A DNA stretch of 22,200 nt. Origin: an uncultured archaeon (GTDB lineage Archaea > Asgardarchaeota > Heimdallarchaeia > Heimdallarchaeales > Heimdallarchaeaceae). Position 1 is the first letter of the stretch, and each line of letters begins with the position of its first letter. The stretch is from the NCBI GenBank assembly GCA_964534625.1, contig CAZHRF010000046.1, positions 1 through 22,200 on the forward strand, read 5' to 3'. The notes under the pieces were generated by a model. It had not been told where the DNA came from, did no database searches, and saw only the letters and a list, made by a program, of their open reading frames with translations. Shown piece after piece: positions 1-7,289 of the stretch. The translations under genes were made by a program, and so were the position numbers.

Positions 1-176
1 TGGTCCTATTTAAACACAACATTTTGTACCCAAAAGTGGCCAAAAAAACCCATGGCTAAAAACACTGCATTGAAATCTTTTTCTACATTTGTTTTCCCCT
101 TTATTTCTAAAATATCGAAATTGTCAAAATCCCTGTATTGAATTGCTAGATATTACTTTTTTATACATTTTAGATT

Positions 177-217
177 AAAAAAGTTGATATAATCTCCATT
201 CGAATGGATACTGAGGT
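177..217 (+). promoter_or_regulatory. Putative promoter/operator region of the purine cluster: A-rich BRE-like tract, TTGATATA box, 14-bp palindrome, GAGGT ribosome-binding site
   Basis: AAAAAAG-TTGATATAA at 177-192; perfect palindrome TCCATTCGAATGGA at 195-208; GAGGT at 213-217, 6 nt before the TTG at 224. Confidence 0.45.
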
Positions 218-223
218 AATGAA

Positions 224-1561
224 TTGTTTTCGCTTGGTCTGATAAACGGGACAGTCTATCTAAACGGTGAATTTGTACAAAAAGATGTCTATATTGAAGG
301 AGATAAGATAGCTAAAATAACTCCAAGAGGCTCAAAAAAAGAGTGTGAAAAGATTATTGATTGTAGTGATAAACTCATTTTACCTGGTTTTATTGATCCT
401 CATGTGCATCTTAATTTAGATTTAGGGGAATTCAAATCAAGTGATAATTATGAGACAGGATCGAAAGCTGCGGCTTTTGGAGGAATTACTACCTTCATAG
501 ACTTTCTTGAACCTATCAAGTATGTGCAAGAACTAGATACTATGTTAGAACGAAAAAAGAAAGAAGCTGAACTTTCACATATTGACTACAGTTTTCATAC
601 GACTATTGGTAATTTCAAAGATGATACTCACAATCTGGTTAAAAAATCATTAGATAAAGGTTTGCCTTCTATTAAACTTTTTACAACTTATTCAGAAAGC
701 GACAGAAGATGTTCATATAAAAAAATCCAAGAGTTGCTGCTTAATACTAGAGATAGTCACGTTCTAGTTCTTGCTCATACAGAAAATGATCAAATGGTAG
801 TTGAAGCTACTGAAGCATTACCTGATAGAATAGAAAAATACGCTGAAACGCGTCCAGCTGACGCTGAGCTAAGTGAAATAGACAAATTAGCACAAATGGC
901 AATAAAGGCACAATCTCATCTATATTTTGTGCATGTTACATGTGGGTCATCTGTTGAGCTTCTCAAGGAAAAATATACTGGTTATATTGGTCAGAATATC
1001 TTTATTGAAAGCTGCCCTCAATATTTTAGTTTAACCAAGAGCAGGTACCAGCAAGAAAATGCTAGATTATATCTTTTAGCCCCTCCTCTAAGATCTAAAG
1101 ATGAACAGTTAAAGTTATGGAAAAATATTGAAAGTATAAATACAATTGGAACAGATCATTGTCCTTTTACAAAGGCAGAAAAGTTCAGATATGAACAACC
1201 AAGCAAAGTACCTAAAGGAATAGGCGGGATGGAATTTAGTTTTTCTTTGATGTATCATTTGTTCGGTGCATCAATTATAGATAAATTTACTCTCAATCCA
1301 GCAAAGATTCATGGGCTTTATCCCAAAAAAGGGATTATTCAAGTAGGGTCTGACGCTGATGTGGTTGTTTTTGATCCTATGAAAGAGTTTGTAATTGATA
1401 AAGGGCATTCTAACACAGATTATAGCCCCTATGAAGGAAAAAAAGTAAAAGGGAAGGTACAAACAACAATACTTAGAGGAAAAATGTTAGTTAGTAACAA
1501 AAGGTTTGTAGGAGAACAAAAGGGGGAATTTATTGATCGTCTTAGGACTCACTCCCGCTAG
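224..1561 (+). CDS. hydA: Dihydropyrimidinase / D-hydantoinase (HydA/HyuA-like cyclic amidohydrolase)
   Basis: Amidohydrolase motifs LPGFIDPHVH, AAAFGGITT, putative carbamylated Lys in SIKLF, HTEN, HVT, ESCPQY, PPLR, GTDHCPF, NPAKIHGLYPKKG, GSDADVV and SPYEG. TTG start preceded by GAGGT. Confidence 0.85.
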   Translation: MFSLGLINGTVYLNGEFVQKDVYIEGDKIAKITPRGSKKECEKIIDCSDKLILPGFIDPHVHLNLDLGEFKSSDNYETGSKAAAFGGITTFIDFLEPIKYVQELDTMLERKKKEAELSHIDYSFHTTIGNFKDDTHNLVKKSLDKGLPSIKLFTTYSESDRRCSYKKIQELLLNTRDSHVLVLAHTENDQMVVEATEALPDRIEKYAETRPADAELSEIDKLAQMAIKAQSHLYFVHVTCGSSVELLKEKYTGYIGQNIFIESCPQYFSLTKSRYQQENARLYLLAPPLRSKDEQLKLWKNIESINTIGTDHCPFTKAEKFRYEQPSKVPKGIGGMEFSFSLMYHLFGASIIDKFTLNPAKIHGLYPKKGIIQVGSDADVVVFDPMKEFVIDKGHSNTDYSPYEGKKVKGKVQTTILRGKMLVSNKRFVGEQKGEFIDRLRTHSR

Positions 1562-1729
1562 TTTGGCTAATTAAGCTATTCAGAGACACTATTTCTTCCG
1601 TTTTTATCGATACTTTTTGTCCTTTCGGTATCATAAATTTACAATAATTTGGGGATTTAGTTCATTAATTTTTTATACTTGTATAGTATACAGTTTATTT
1701 GTAGACTTTTTGTAAAATGGTAGATACGT

Positions 1730-2197
1730 TTGATCGAATCAATGGAGAAAGAAATGTTGGATACTGTTTGTTATTTATTTCAAGAAGCAAATCCTCATGC
1801 TTCTATAAAAATGATTAAAAATTGGACAAGGAAGACCTTATCTGATTTTCCCCAATTTTGCTGGGTGATAAAAAAAGAGGGGGAAATTATAGGTGCTGTG
1901 GCTGGACTAGTGATAACGTCAAAAAAGGGTGAAATTAGAAAATATGGCGTTATTGATGATATTGCAGTTGATGAATTATATAGAGGAAGAGGATATGGGA
2001 CTCTTTTGATGCAAAAAATCCTTGATTCATTTAAAGATGCTTCTGTAAATAGAGTGAAATTATCTATCCATTATTTGAATGCTAATGTTGTACCTTTCTA
2101 CTACAAATTTGGATTCAGGTTATCAAATATTAAGACAAATGCTTTTGGAGAAAGACAAGATGCTATAGAAATGGAATTAACTTTGGATGAGAAATGA
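1730..2197 (+). CDS. GNAT-family N-acetyltransferase (RimI-like C-terminus)
   Basis: Acetyl-CoA motif A IAVDELYRGRGYGTLLM, N...FYYKFGF motif B and terminal DAIEMEL. Start may be TTG 1730 or ATG 1742. Confidence 0.85.
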   Translation: MIESMEKEMLDTVCYLFQEANPHASIKMIKNWTRKTLSDFPQFCWVIKKEGEIIGAVAGLVITSKKGEIRKYGVIDDIAVDELYRGRGYGTLLMQKILDSFKDASVNRVKLSIHYLNANVVPFYYKFGFRLSNIKTNAFGERQDAIEMELTLDEK

Positions 2198-2223
2198 AAA
2201 AAGAAAACTCAAAAGAATAAAAG

Positions 2224-2240
2224 AAGAGAAATTTATAAAA
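2224..2240 (+). promoter_or_regulatory. Putative archaeal BRE/TATA promoter for ssnA and downstream genes
   Basis: AAGAGAAA-TTTATAAAA with TTTATAAA at 2232-2239, in the gap before ATG 2296. Very similar to the element upstream of the P-type ATPase. Confidence 0.45.
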
Positions 2241-2295
2241 AGAAACAACAAGTGAAACAATAAGGTTAATATCTACCTCTTGTTATTCTTTCTTT

Positions 2296-3594
2296 ATGCA
2301 AAAAGCCATTATTAATGTTAAAATTTTTGATTATGAAACCTATATCGAAAATGGGTTTTGCATTTTTGATGAAAAGATTGTTAAAATAGGTGAAATGAAA
2401 GATTATACCACATTTGAAGGAGCAATAATTGATGGAAAAGGTAAGATTCTTCTTCCTGGTTTAATAAACTTTCATACACATATTTACTCTACATTAGTTA
2501 GAGGGGCTTCATTAGGTCCTTATGATCCCCAAAGTTTTAAAGATATTCTTGAACAACTCTGGTGGAAATTTGATCGAGAATTGACAAATGAATCGATATA
2601 TCATAGTGCAATTATTTATGGACTTGAATCGCTTAGGAATGGTGTAACATCGCTTATTGACCATCATGCTAGCGGTAAAGATATTTTAGGTAGTCTTGAG
2701 AACTTGAAACAAGCCCTTGTTGATGTACTTGGTATGCGAGGGATATTTTGTTTCGAAACAAGCGACCGTTTTGATATTGATGCGTGTATAAAGGAAAATC
2801 TTACAGGACTCAAGTTTGATAGTGCAGATGCTAAAGGAATGTTTGGTTTACATGCTTCTATGAGTTTATCAGACGAAACTTTAAGAAAAGTAAAAACTGT
2901 GATTGGAAAAGCTCCTATGCATACTCATGCAGCTGAAAGTAAAGAAGACGAGGAAGATTCATTGGAAAAATATGGTGTGAGAGTAGTAGAAAGATTCGCT
3001 ATACATGGACTACTTAATCCTGATTCCATCCTTGCCCATTGTGTTCATATAGATGATCACGAAGCTAAGACGGTTAAAGAAAATAAAGCAGTTATAGCCC
3101 TTAATCCAACCAGTAACATGAATAATGCTGTTGGAGGATTCAACATTGAGCTATTCAGAAAATATACTATCCCCATACTTGTTGGTACTGACGGACTTGG
3201 TTCGAATATAGCCAAAGAATGGTCTTATCTTCTATATGCAGGTAAACAGTATATTGATGATGCAAATGGAATCACGTTAGACGAAATCAGAGCACATATA
3301 ATTCGTTCCTATGATTATTTTGGGAGACAAATGGGCATAAAGATAGGTAAAATAAAAAAAGGATATGTAGCGGATCTTTTACTTGTTGATTATACTAATC
3401 CTACACCTATGAATAAAAGTAACGCCTTTGGACATGTATTTTATGGGTTGTTTGACTCTTTCAAACCTTCACATGTATTTGTAAAAGGAAAAGAACTTGT
3501 TAGTGAGTACAAGAGTAAATTTGATGAAAAAGAATTGTATAAAAAAGCTAAAGAGGCTTCCCAATCTTTGTGGAAACGTATAAGTGAGGAATAA
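2296..3594 (+). CDS. ssnA: SsnA-family amidohydrolase (purine-degradation aminohydrolase)
   Basis: PGLINFHTHIYS, ILEQLWWKFDR, GVTSLIDHHASG, FETSDR, GLHAS, HTHAAE, AHCVH, NPTSNMNNAVG and GTDG are characteristic of SsnA. Context with hydA and xdh agrees. Confidence 0.85.
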   Translation: MQKAIINVKIFDYETYIENGFCIFDEKIVKIGEMKDYTTFEGAIIDGKGKILLPGLINFHTHIYSTLVRGASLGPYDPQSFKDILEQLWWKFDRELTNESIYHSAIIYGLESLRNGVTSLIDHHASGKDILGSLENLKQALVDVLGMRGIFCFETSDRFDIDACIKENLTGLKFDSADAKGMFGLHASMSLSDETLRKVKTVIGKAPMHTHAAESKEDEEDSLEKYGVRVVERFAIHGLLNPDSILAHCVHIDDHEAKTVKENKAVIALNPTSNMNNAVGGFNIELFRKYTIPILVGTDGLGSNIAKEWSYLLYAGKQYIDDANGITLDEIRAHIIRSYDYFGRQMGIKIGKIKKGYVADLLLVDYTNPTPMNKSNAFGHVFYGLFDSFKPSHVFVKGKELVSEYKSKFDEKELYKKAKEASQSLWKRISEE

Positions 3595-3598
3595 GCGT

Positions 3599-4693
3599 AT
3601 GAAGAATAATTTATCTGTATCACTTCTTGATGTAACTTTTGATAATCCTCTAGGTCCTGCAGCTGGACCACTTACAGAAGGATTAGACAATATGTCCTTT
3701 TTTAATACTAACATGTGTGGATTTAATACAACAAAAACAATTTCAGTTGAAGGTGCAAAGGTTATTAAGCCATGTATTGCTGCTACACCTTCAAAAGTTT
3801 ATAATTGTGAGCTTTGGTCAGAGTTACATTCGGATATTTGGATAGAAAAGATTCTTCCTACCGTCCATGAAAATAAGCAAAAACCGCTAATTATTTCCGT
3901 GGGCTATCATGAAGAAGACTTCAGATATCTCATCCCTAAACTTGATCCATTTGCTGATATTTTTGAAGTTTCTACGCATTATGTAGAAGAAAAAGAATTG
4001 GCAGGAATTGTACAGAGCATTCGCGAAAATACGTCTAAACCTATTTTTATGAAACTCAGTCCTCATGTCAGCGACTATATAGCTTTTGTTCAAACTGTTT
4101 TAGATGCTGGAGCGTCTGGTATTGTAGCCATTAACTCACTTGGTCCCACCACAGCTATTGATTTGAAAACTCGTTCTATTTTACTTGGTACAGCTAAAAC
4201 TAGAGAAGTATGGTTAAGCGGACCAGCTATTAAGCCTATTGCTCTCAACAGAGTTTACAATATACATAAAAACTTTCCAAAGGTACCTATTATAGGAGTG
4301 GGAGGAATTGAAACAGCTGAGGATGTGATGGAATTCATTCTAGCTGGAGCAGATCTAGTTCAAATGCTTTCTTCAGCTCTAATTAAAGGCAGACAGTTAT
4401 ATGACAGAATAGTCAAAGAGCTACCTAAGAAATTGAATTTTTATGGTTTATCAACGATAGAAGAGATCAGAAAAGTGAGACAAGAAACAATTTTTGATGA
4501 AGGAAAAATACCTAAAAACGATTATCCCACCATAACAAATGAATGCATTATGTGTGGTTTATGTGTCAAAATCTGTCCTGTATCTGCTCTGACGAAAGAA
4601 GAGAAGATTATTGTTGATAAAAACACATGCATTAAATGTGGGCTATGTGAATCACGTTGTCCTAAAGATGCTATTATAGGAGTATTAAAATGA
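3599..4693 (+). CDS. FMN-dependent DHOD/PreA-like oxidoreductase with YgfK-like N-terminal motifs and C-terminal 2x[4Fe-4S] ferredoxin domain
   Basis: NPLGPAAGP, TKT, KPCI, NCELWSE, KLSP, AINS, LSGPAIKP, IGVGGI and AGADLVQ indicate the DHOD TIM barrel. Two CxxCxxCxxxCP motifs. ATG 3599 after GTGAGGA is preferred over GTG 3584. Confidence 0.8.
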   Translation: MKNNLSVSLLDVTFDNPLGPAAGPLTEGLDNMSFFNTNMCGFNTTKTISVEGAKVIKPCIAATPSKVYNCELWSELHSDIWIEKILPTVHENKQKPLIISVGYHEEDFRYLIPKLDPFADIFEVSTHYVEEKELAGIVQSIRENTSKPIFMKLSPHVSDYIAFVQTVLDAGASGIVAINSLGPTTAIDLKTRSILLGTAKTREVWLSGPAIKPIALNRVYNIHKNFPKVPIIGVGGIETAEDVMEFILAGADLVQMLSSALIKGRQLYDRIVKELPKKLNFYGLSTIEEIRKVRQETIFDEGKIPKNDYPTITNECIMCGLCVKICPVSALTKEEKIIVDKNTCIKCGLCESRCPKDAIIGVLK

Positions 4694-5907
4694 CTGACTA
4701 TATTCTGAGATGTATAACTTGTAAGGAAGAATTTATACCTGCACCTGGAAGGTATTTTTGTGATTCTTGTGGTAAAATCAAAGGCACATTAGAAGTTTTG
4801 TATGATTATGATAAAATCAGCAAATTAAACATTGTAAAGAATAGAAATTTTGATAAGAGAGGATCAATGTATCAATTTGATTTCCTTTTACCTACTAAAG
4901 CTAAACTCCATTTAGATACATATGTGGGCGGTAGTCCTCTTTTTAAGTTCGATTTATGTGGATTGAAAGATGTTTTGATAAAATATGATGGTTCCAATCT
5001 CTCTTGCTCTTATAAAGATAGAGCTAGTTCAGTAGCAATAAATAAGGCTATAGATGAAGGGAATGATACCATTATATGTGCTTCAACAGGCAATGCAGCT
5101 TCTTCTTTAGCTATGCTTAATGCCCAAACCACTTTAGATACCTATATCTTTGTTCCTGGAACAATACCTATTGGGAAAAGAACCCAATTAGAGATAGCTG
5201 GAGCTAAAGTTTTTGCTATTGAAGGAATGGCCTATGATGAAGTCTATGATTTTTCTTTAGATATGGCACTAGAAAAAGGATGGTATATCCGCCATGCAGC
5301 CATCAACCCCTACTTGTTGGAAGGAAAGAAAACTGGCGCTTTCGAAGTAATAGTTGAAAATGATTTTGTGGTTCCCGACTATGTTATTGTGAGTGTAGGC
5401 GATGGTACAATTATTAGTTCTCTTTACAAAGGATTCTGGGAATTTAGAGAGATAGGAATAACTGACAAGATGCCTATAATCATAGGCGTTCAAGCTGAAG
5501 GGATTAGTGCAATTAAAGAAGTCTATGAGAAAGGTAAACCTTATACACCTCATCCTATATCGGGAAATACTATAGCAGATTCTATCTCTGTAGGCAATCC
5601 TAGAGATGTGATCAAAGCTTGTACCTATGTTGAAAGGAGCGGAGGTTATTTTATTTCAGTTACAGATGAAGAAATTCTCAAAGGTATAGTTGATCTAGGT
5701 CTGAAGACCGGTATATTTGCTGAACCTGCGGGAGCAGTTTCTTATTGTGGATTGAAAAAACTTATCTATGAGGGTAAGATTAAAGAGTCTGACAAAGTAT
5801 GTATATTCGTAACTGGTAATGGGTTGAAAGATATAAATGCCGTTCAAAATATGATTAATACCCAAACGATAACAACTGAAGAAGTAAAAACGAGGTTCAA
5901 AAAATGA
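4690..5907 (+). CDS. Threonine-synthase-like PLP enzyme (fold type II) with N-terminal CxxC...CxxC
   Basis: SYKDRAS (PLP Lys), CASTGNAASSLA, NPYLLEGKKT, VGDGT, TIADSISVGNP, GIFAEPAGA and TGNGLKD. ATGA overlap with the upstream gene. True substrate uncertain. Confidence 0.8.
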   Translation: MTDYILRCITCKEEFIPAPGRYFCDSCGKIKGTLEVLYDYDKISKLNIVKNRNFDKRGSMYQFDFLLPTKAKLHLDTYVGGSPLFKFDLCGLKDVLIKYDGSNLSCSYKDRASSVAINKAIDEGNDTIICASTGNAASSLAMLNAQTTLDTYIFVPGTIPIGKRTQLEIAGAKVFAIEGMAYDEVYDFSLDMALEKGWYIRHAAINPYLLEGKKTGAFEVIVENDFVVPDYVIVSVGDGTIISSLYKGFWEFREIGITDKMPIIIGVQAEGISAIKEVYEKGKPYTPHPISGNTIADSISVGNPRDVIKACTYVERSGGYFISVTDEEILKGIVDLGLKTGIFAEPAGAVSYCGLKKLIYEGKIKESDKVCIFVTGNGLKDINAVQNMINTQTITTEEVKTRFKK

Positions 5908-7289
5908 AGTTTATTCTTAACAATAATCAAATTGTAGAAACAGATGTAGCAGAAAGTACTGCTACTTTAGATTTTTTACGGAGAAAAGGGATTAGGGGAG
6001 TAAAAGAAGGTTGTCATGAAGGCGATTGTGGTGCGTGCATGGTTCTAATGGGAGAATTAGAAGGGAGAGACCTAACCTATAAAGCTGTCACATCTTGTCT
6101 TCTACCAATAGGCGAAATAGGTGGAAAGCATATTGTCACTATTGAAGGACTAAATTATGATGATAACCTCAATCTTATTCAGAATGAAATAGTTTCAGAA
6201 GGCGGAAGTCAATGCGGATTTTGCACTCCTGGATTCATCATTAGTTTGACTGCCTTTTTCTTGAATGGTGATCTGAAGAAAGAAAATATTATGACCGCAA
6301 TGGAAAGCAATATTTGTAGATGTACTGGGTATGCTTCTATAATAAGAGCTACAGAGACTGTTTTTGATCAATTGTCTTTTTTAAAAGGCAAAAAAGCTGA
6401 AGAACGCATACCAATATTAATAGAAAAGGAAGTAATTCCAGCTTATTTTTCTGAAATAAAAGAACAACTGCTAGTATTGGATGGAAAGCAGAAAGGGTTA
6501 GAAGAAAAAGAAGGAACTTATGTAGCAGGAGGAACAGACTTGTTTGTACAAAACAGAGATCTGAAAGATCCTCTTTTTTTGTCTCGTTTAGATGAAGATT
6601 TACGGAAAACATGGGAAGAAGAAGATTATATCTATATTGGTGCTTTAGCTAATGCAGAAACCATACGTAATTCTAGAGAATTAAATGAAATTTTACCAGT
6701 TAAAGAAGATTTGAAGAGATTTGCAGTCTTATCAATACGAAATCGTGCTACTATTGGTGGAAACATTGTCAATGCCTCGCCTATAGGTGATCTAACTATT
6801 TATTTCTTGGCTTTAAACCCCGATATATGCTTGAGTTCTGAAGAAGGAAATAGAATCTTTAAGCTTAAAAATTTCTTTAAAGATTACAAAGTATTAGATC
6901 TCAAAAATAAAGAAATTGTTCAGTGGATTAGAATAAAGAAAGAGAAACGTTTATTCAATTTTGAGAAAGTAGCTAAACGGCATAGAATGGATATAGCTAG
7001 TGTTAATACTGCGATATCTTTAAAACTTGAAAAAGGGTGCATCATTAACCCCCATATATCAGCTGGAGGTGTAGGTTGTATCCCAATTTATTTGTCTAAA
7101 ACAGTAGAGTTTCTCGAAGGTAAAGAGGTTACTCCAGAAGTAATTCGTGAAGCTGTTAGAATAGCCAATACAGAAATTTCACCGATAGATGACGTTAGAG
7201 GAACAGCAGAATATAAACGTTTATTATTAAGACAGTTGCTTCTAGCACATTTCATAGAATTATTCCCTGAAATGGAGGAGAGATTATGA
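5904..7289 (+). CDS. xdhA: Xanthine dehydrogenase small subunit (2x[2Fe-2S] + FAD)
   Basis: GVKEGCHEGDCGAC...SCL, QCGFCTPG...NICRCTGY, VAGGTDL, RNRATIGGNIVNASPIGD, PIDDVRGTAEYK. ATGA overlap with the upstream gene. Confidence 0.92.
   Translation: MKFILNNNQIVETDVAESTATLDFLRRKGIRGVKEGCHEGDCGACMVLMGELEGRDLTYKAVTSCLLPIGEIGGKHIVTIEGLNYDDNLNLIQNEIVSEGGSQCGFCTPGFIISLTAFFLNGDLKKENIMTAMESNICRCTGYASIIRATETVFDQLSFLKGKKAEERIPILIEKEVIPAYFSEIKEQLLVLDGKQKGLEEKEGTYVAGGTDLFVQNRDLKDPLFLSRLDEDLRKTWEEEDYIYIGALANAETIRNSRELNEILPVKEDLKRFAVLSIRNRATIGGNIVNASPIGDLTIYFLALNPDICLSSEEGNRIFKLKNFFKDYKVLDLKNKEIVQWIRIKKEKRLFNFEKVAKRHRMDIASVNTAISLKLEKGCIINPHISAGGVGCIPIYLSKTVEFLEGKEVTPEVIREAVRIANTEISPIDDVRGTAEYKRLLLRQLLLAHFIELFPEMEERL

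Noticed and set aside
7-150. Short open frame on the - strand (…FDILEIKGKTNVEKDFNAVFLAMGFFGHFWVQNVVFK*)
   Set aside because: Bounded by an upstream stop with no plausible start except an ATG 15 codons from the end; no recognisable motif.
3584-4693. Annotation as biosynthetic pyrD or as preA
   Set aside because: The catalytic SCP loop is absent, there is no pyrK/preT partner, and YgfK-like motifs and purine context point elsewhere, so no gene symbol was assigned.
2195-7289. Possible selenocysteine readthrough at TGA stops, since ssnA/ygfK/xdh clusters are often Se-associated
   Set aside because: Each TGA falls at the natural end of a complete protein, three of them as ATGA overlaps. No truncated domain requires recoding.
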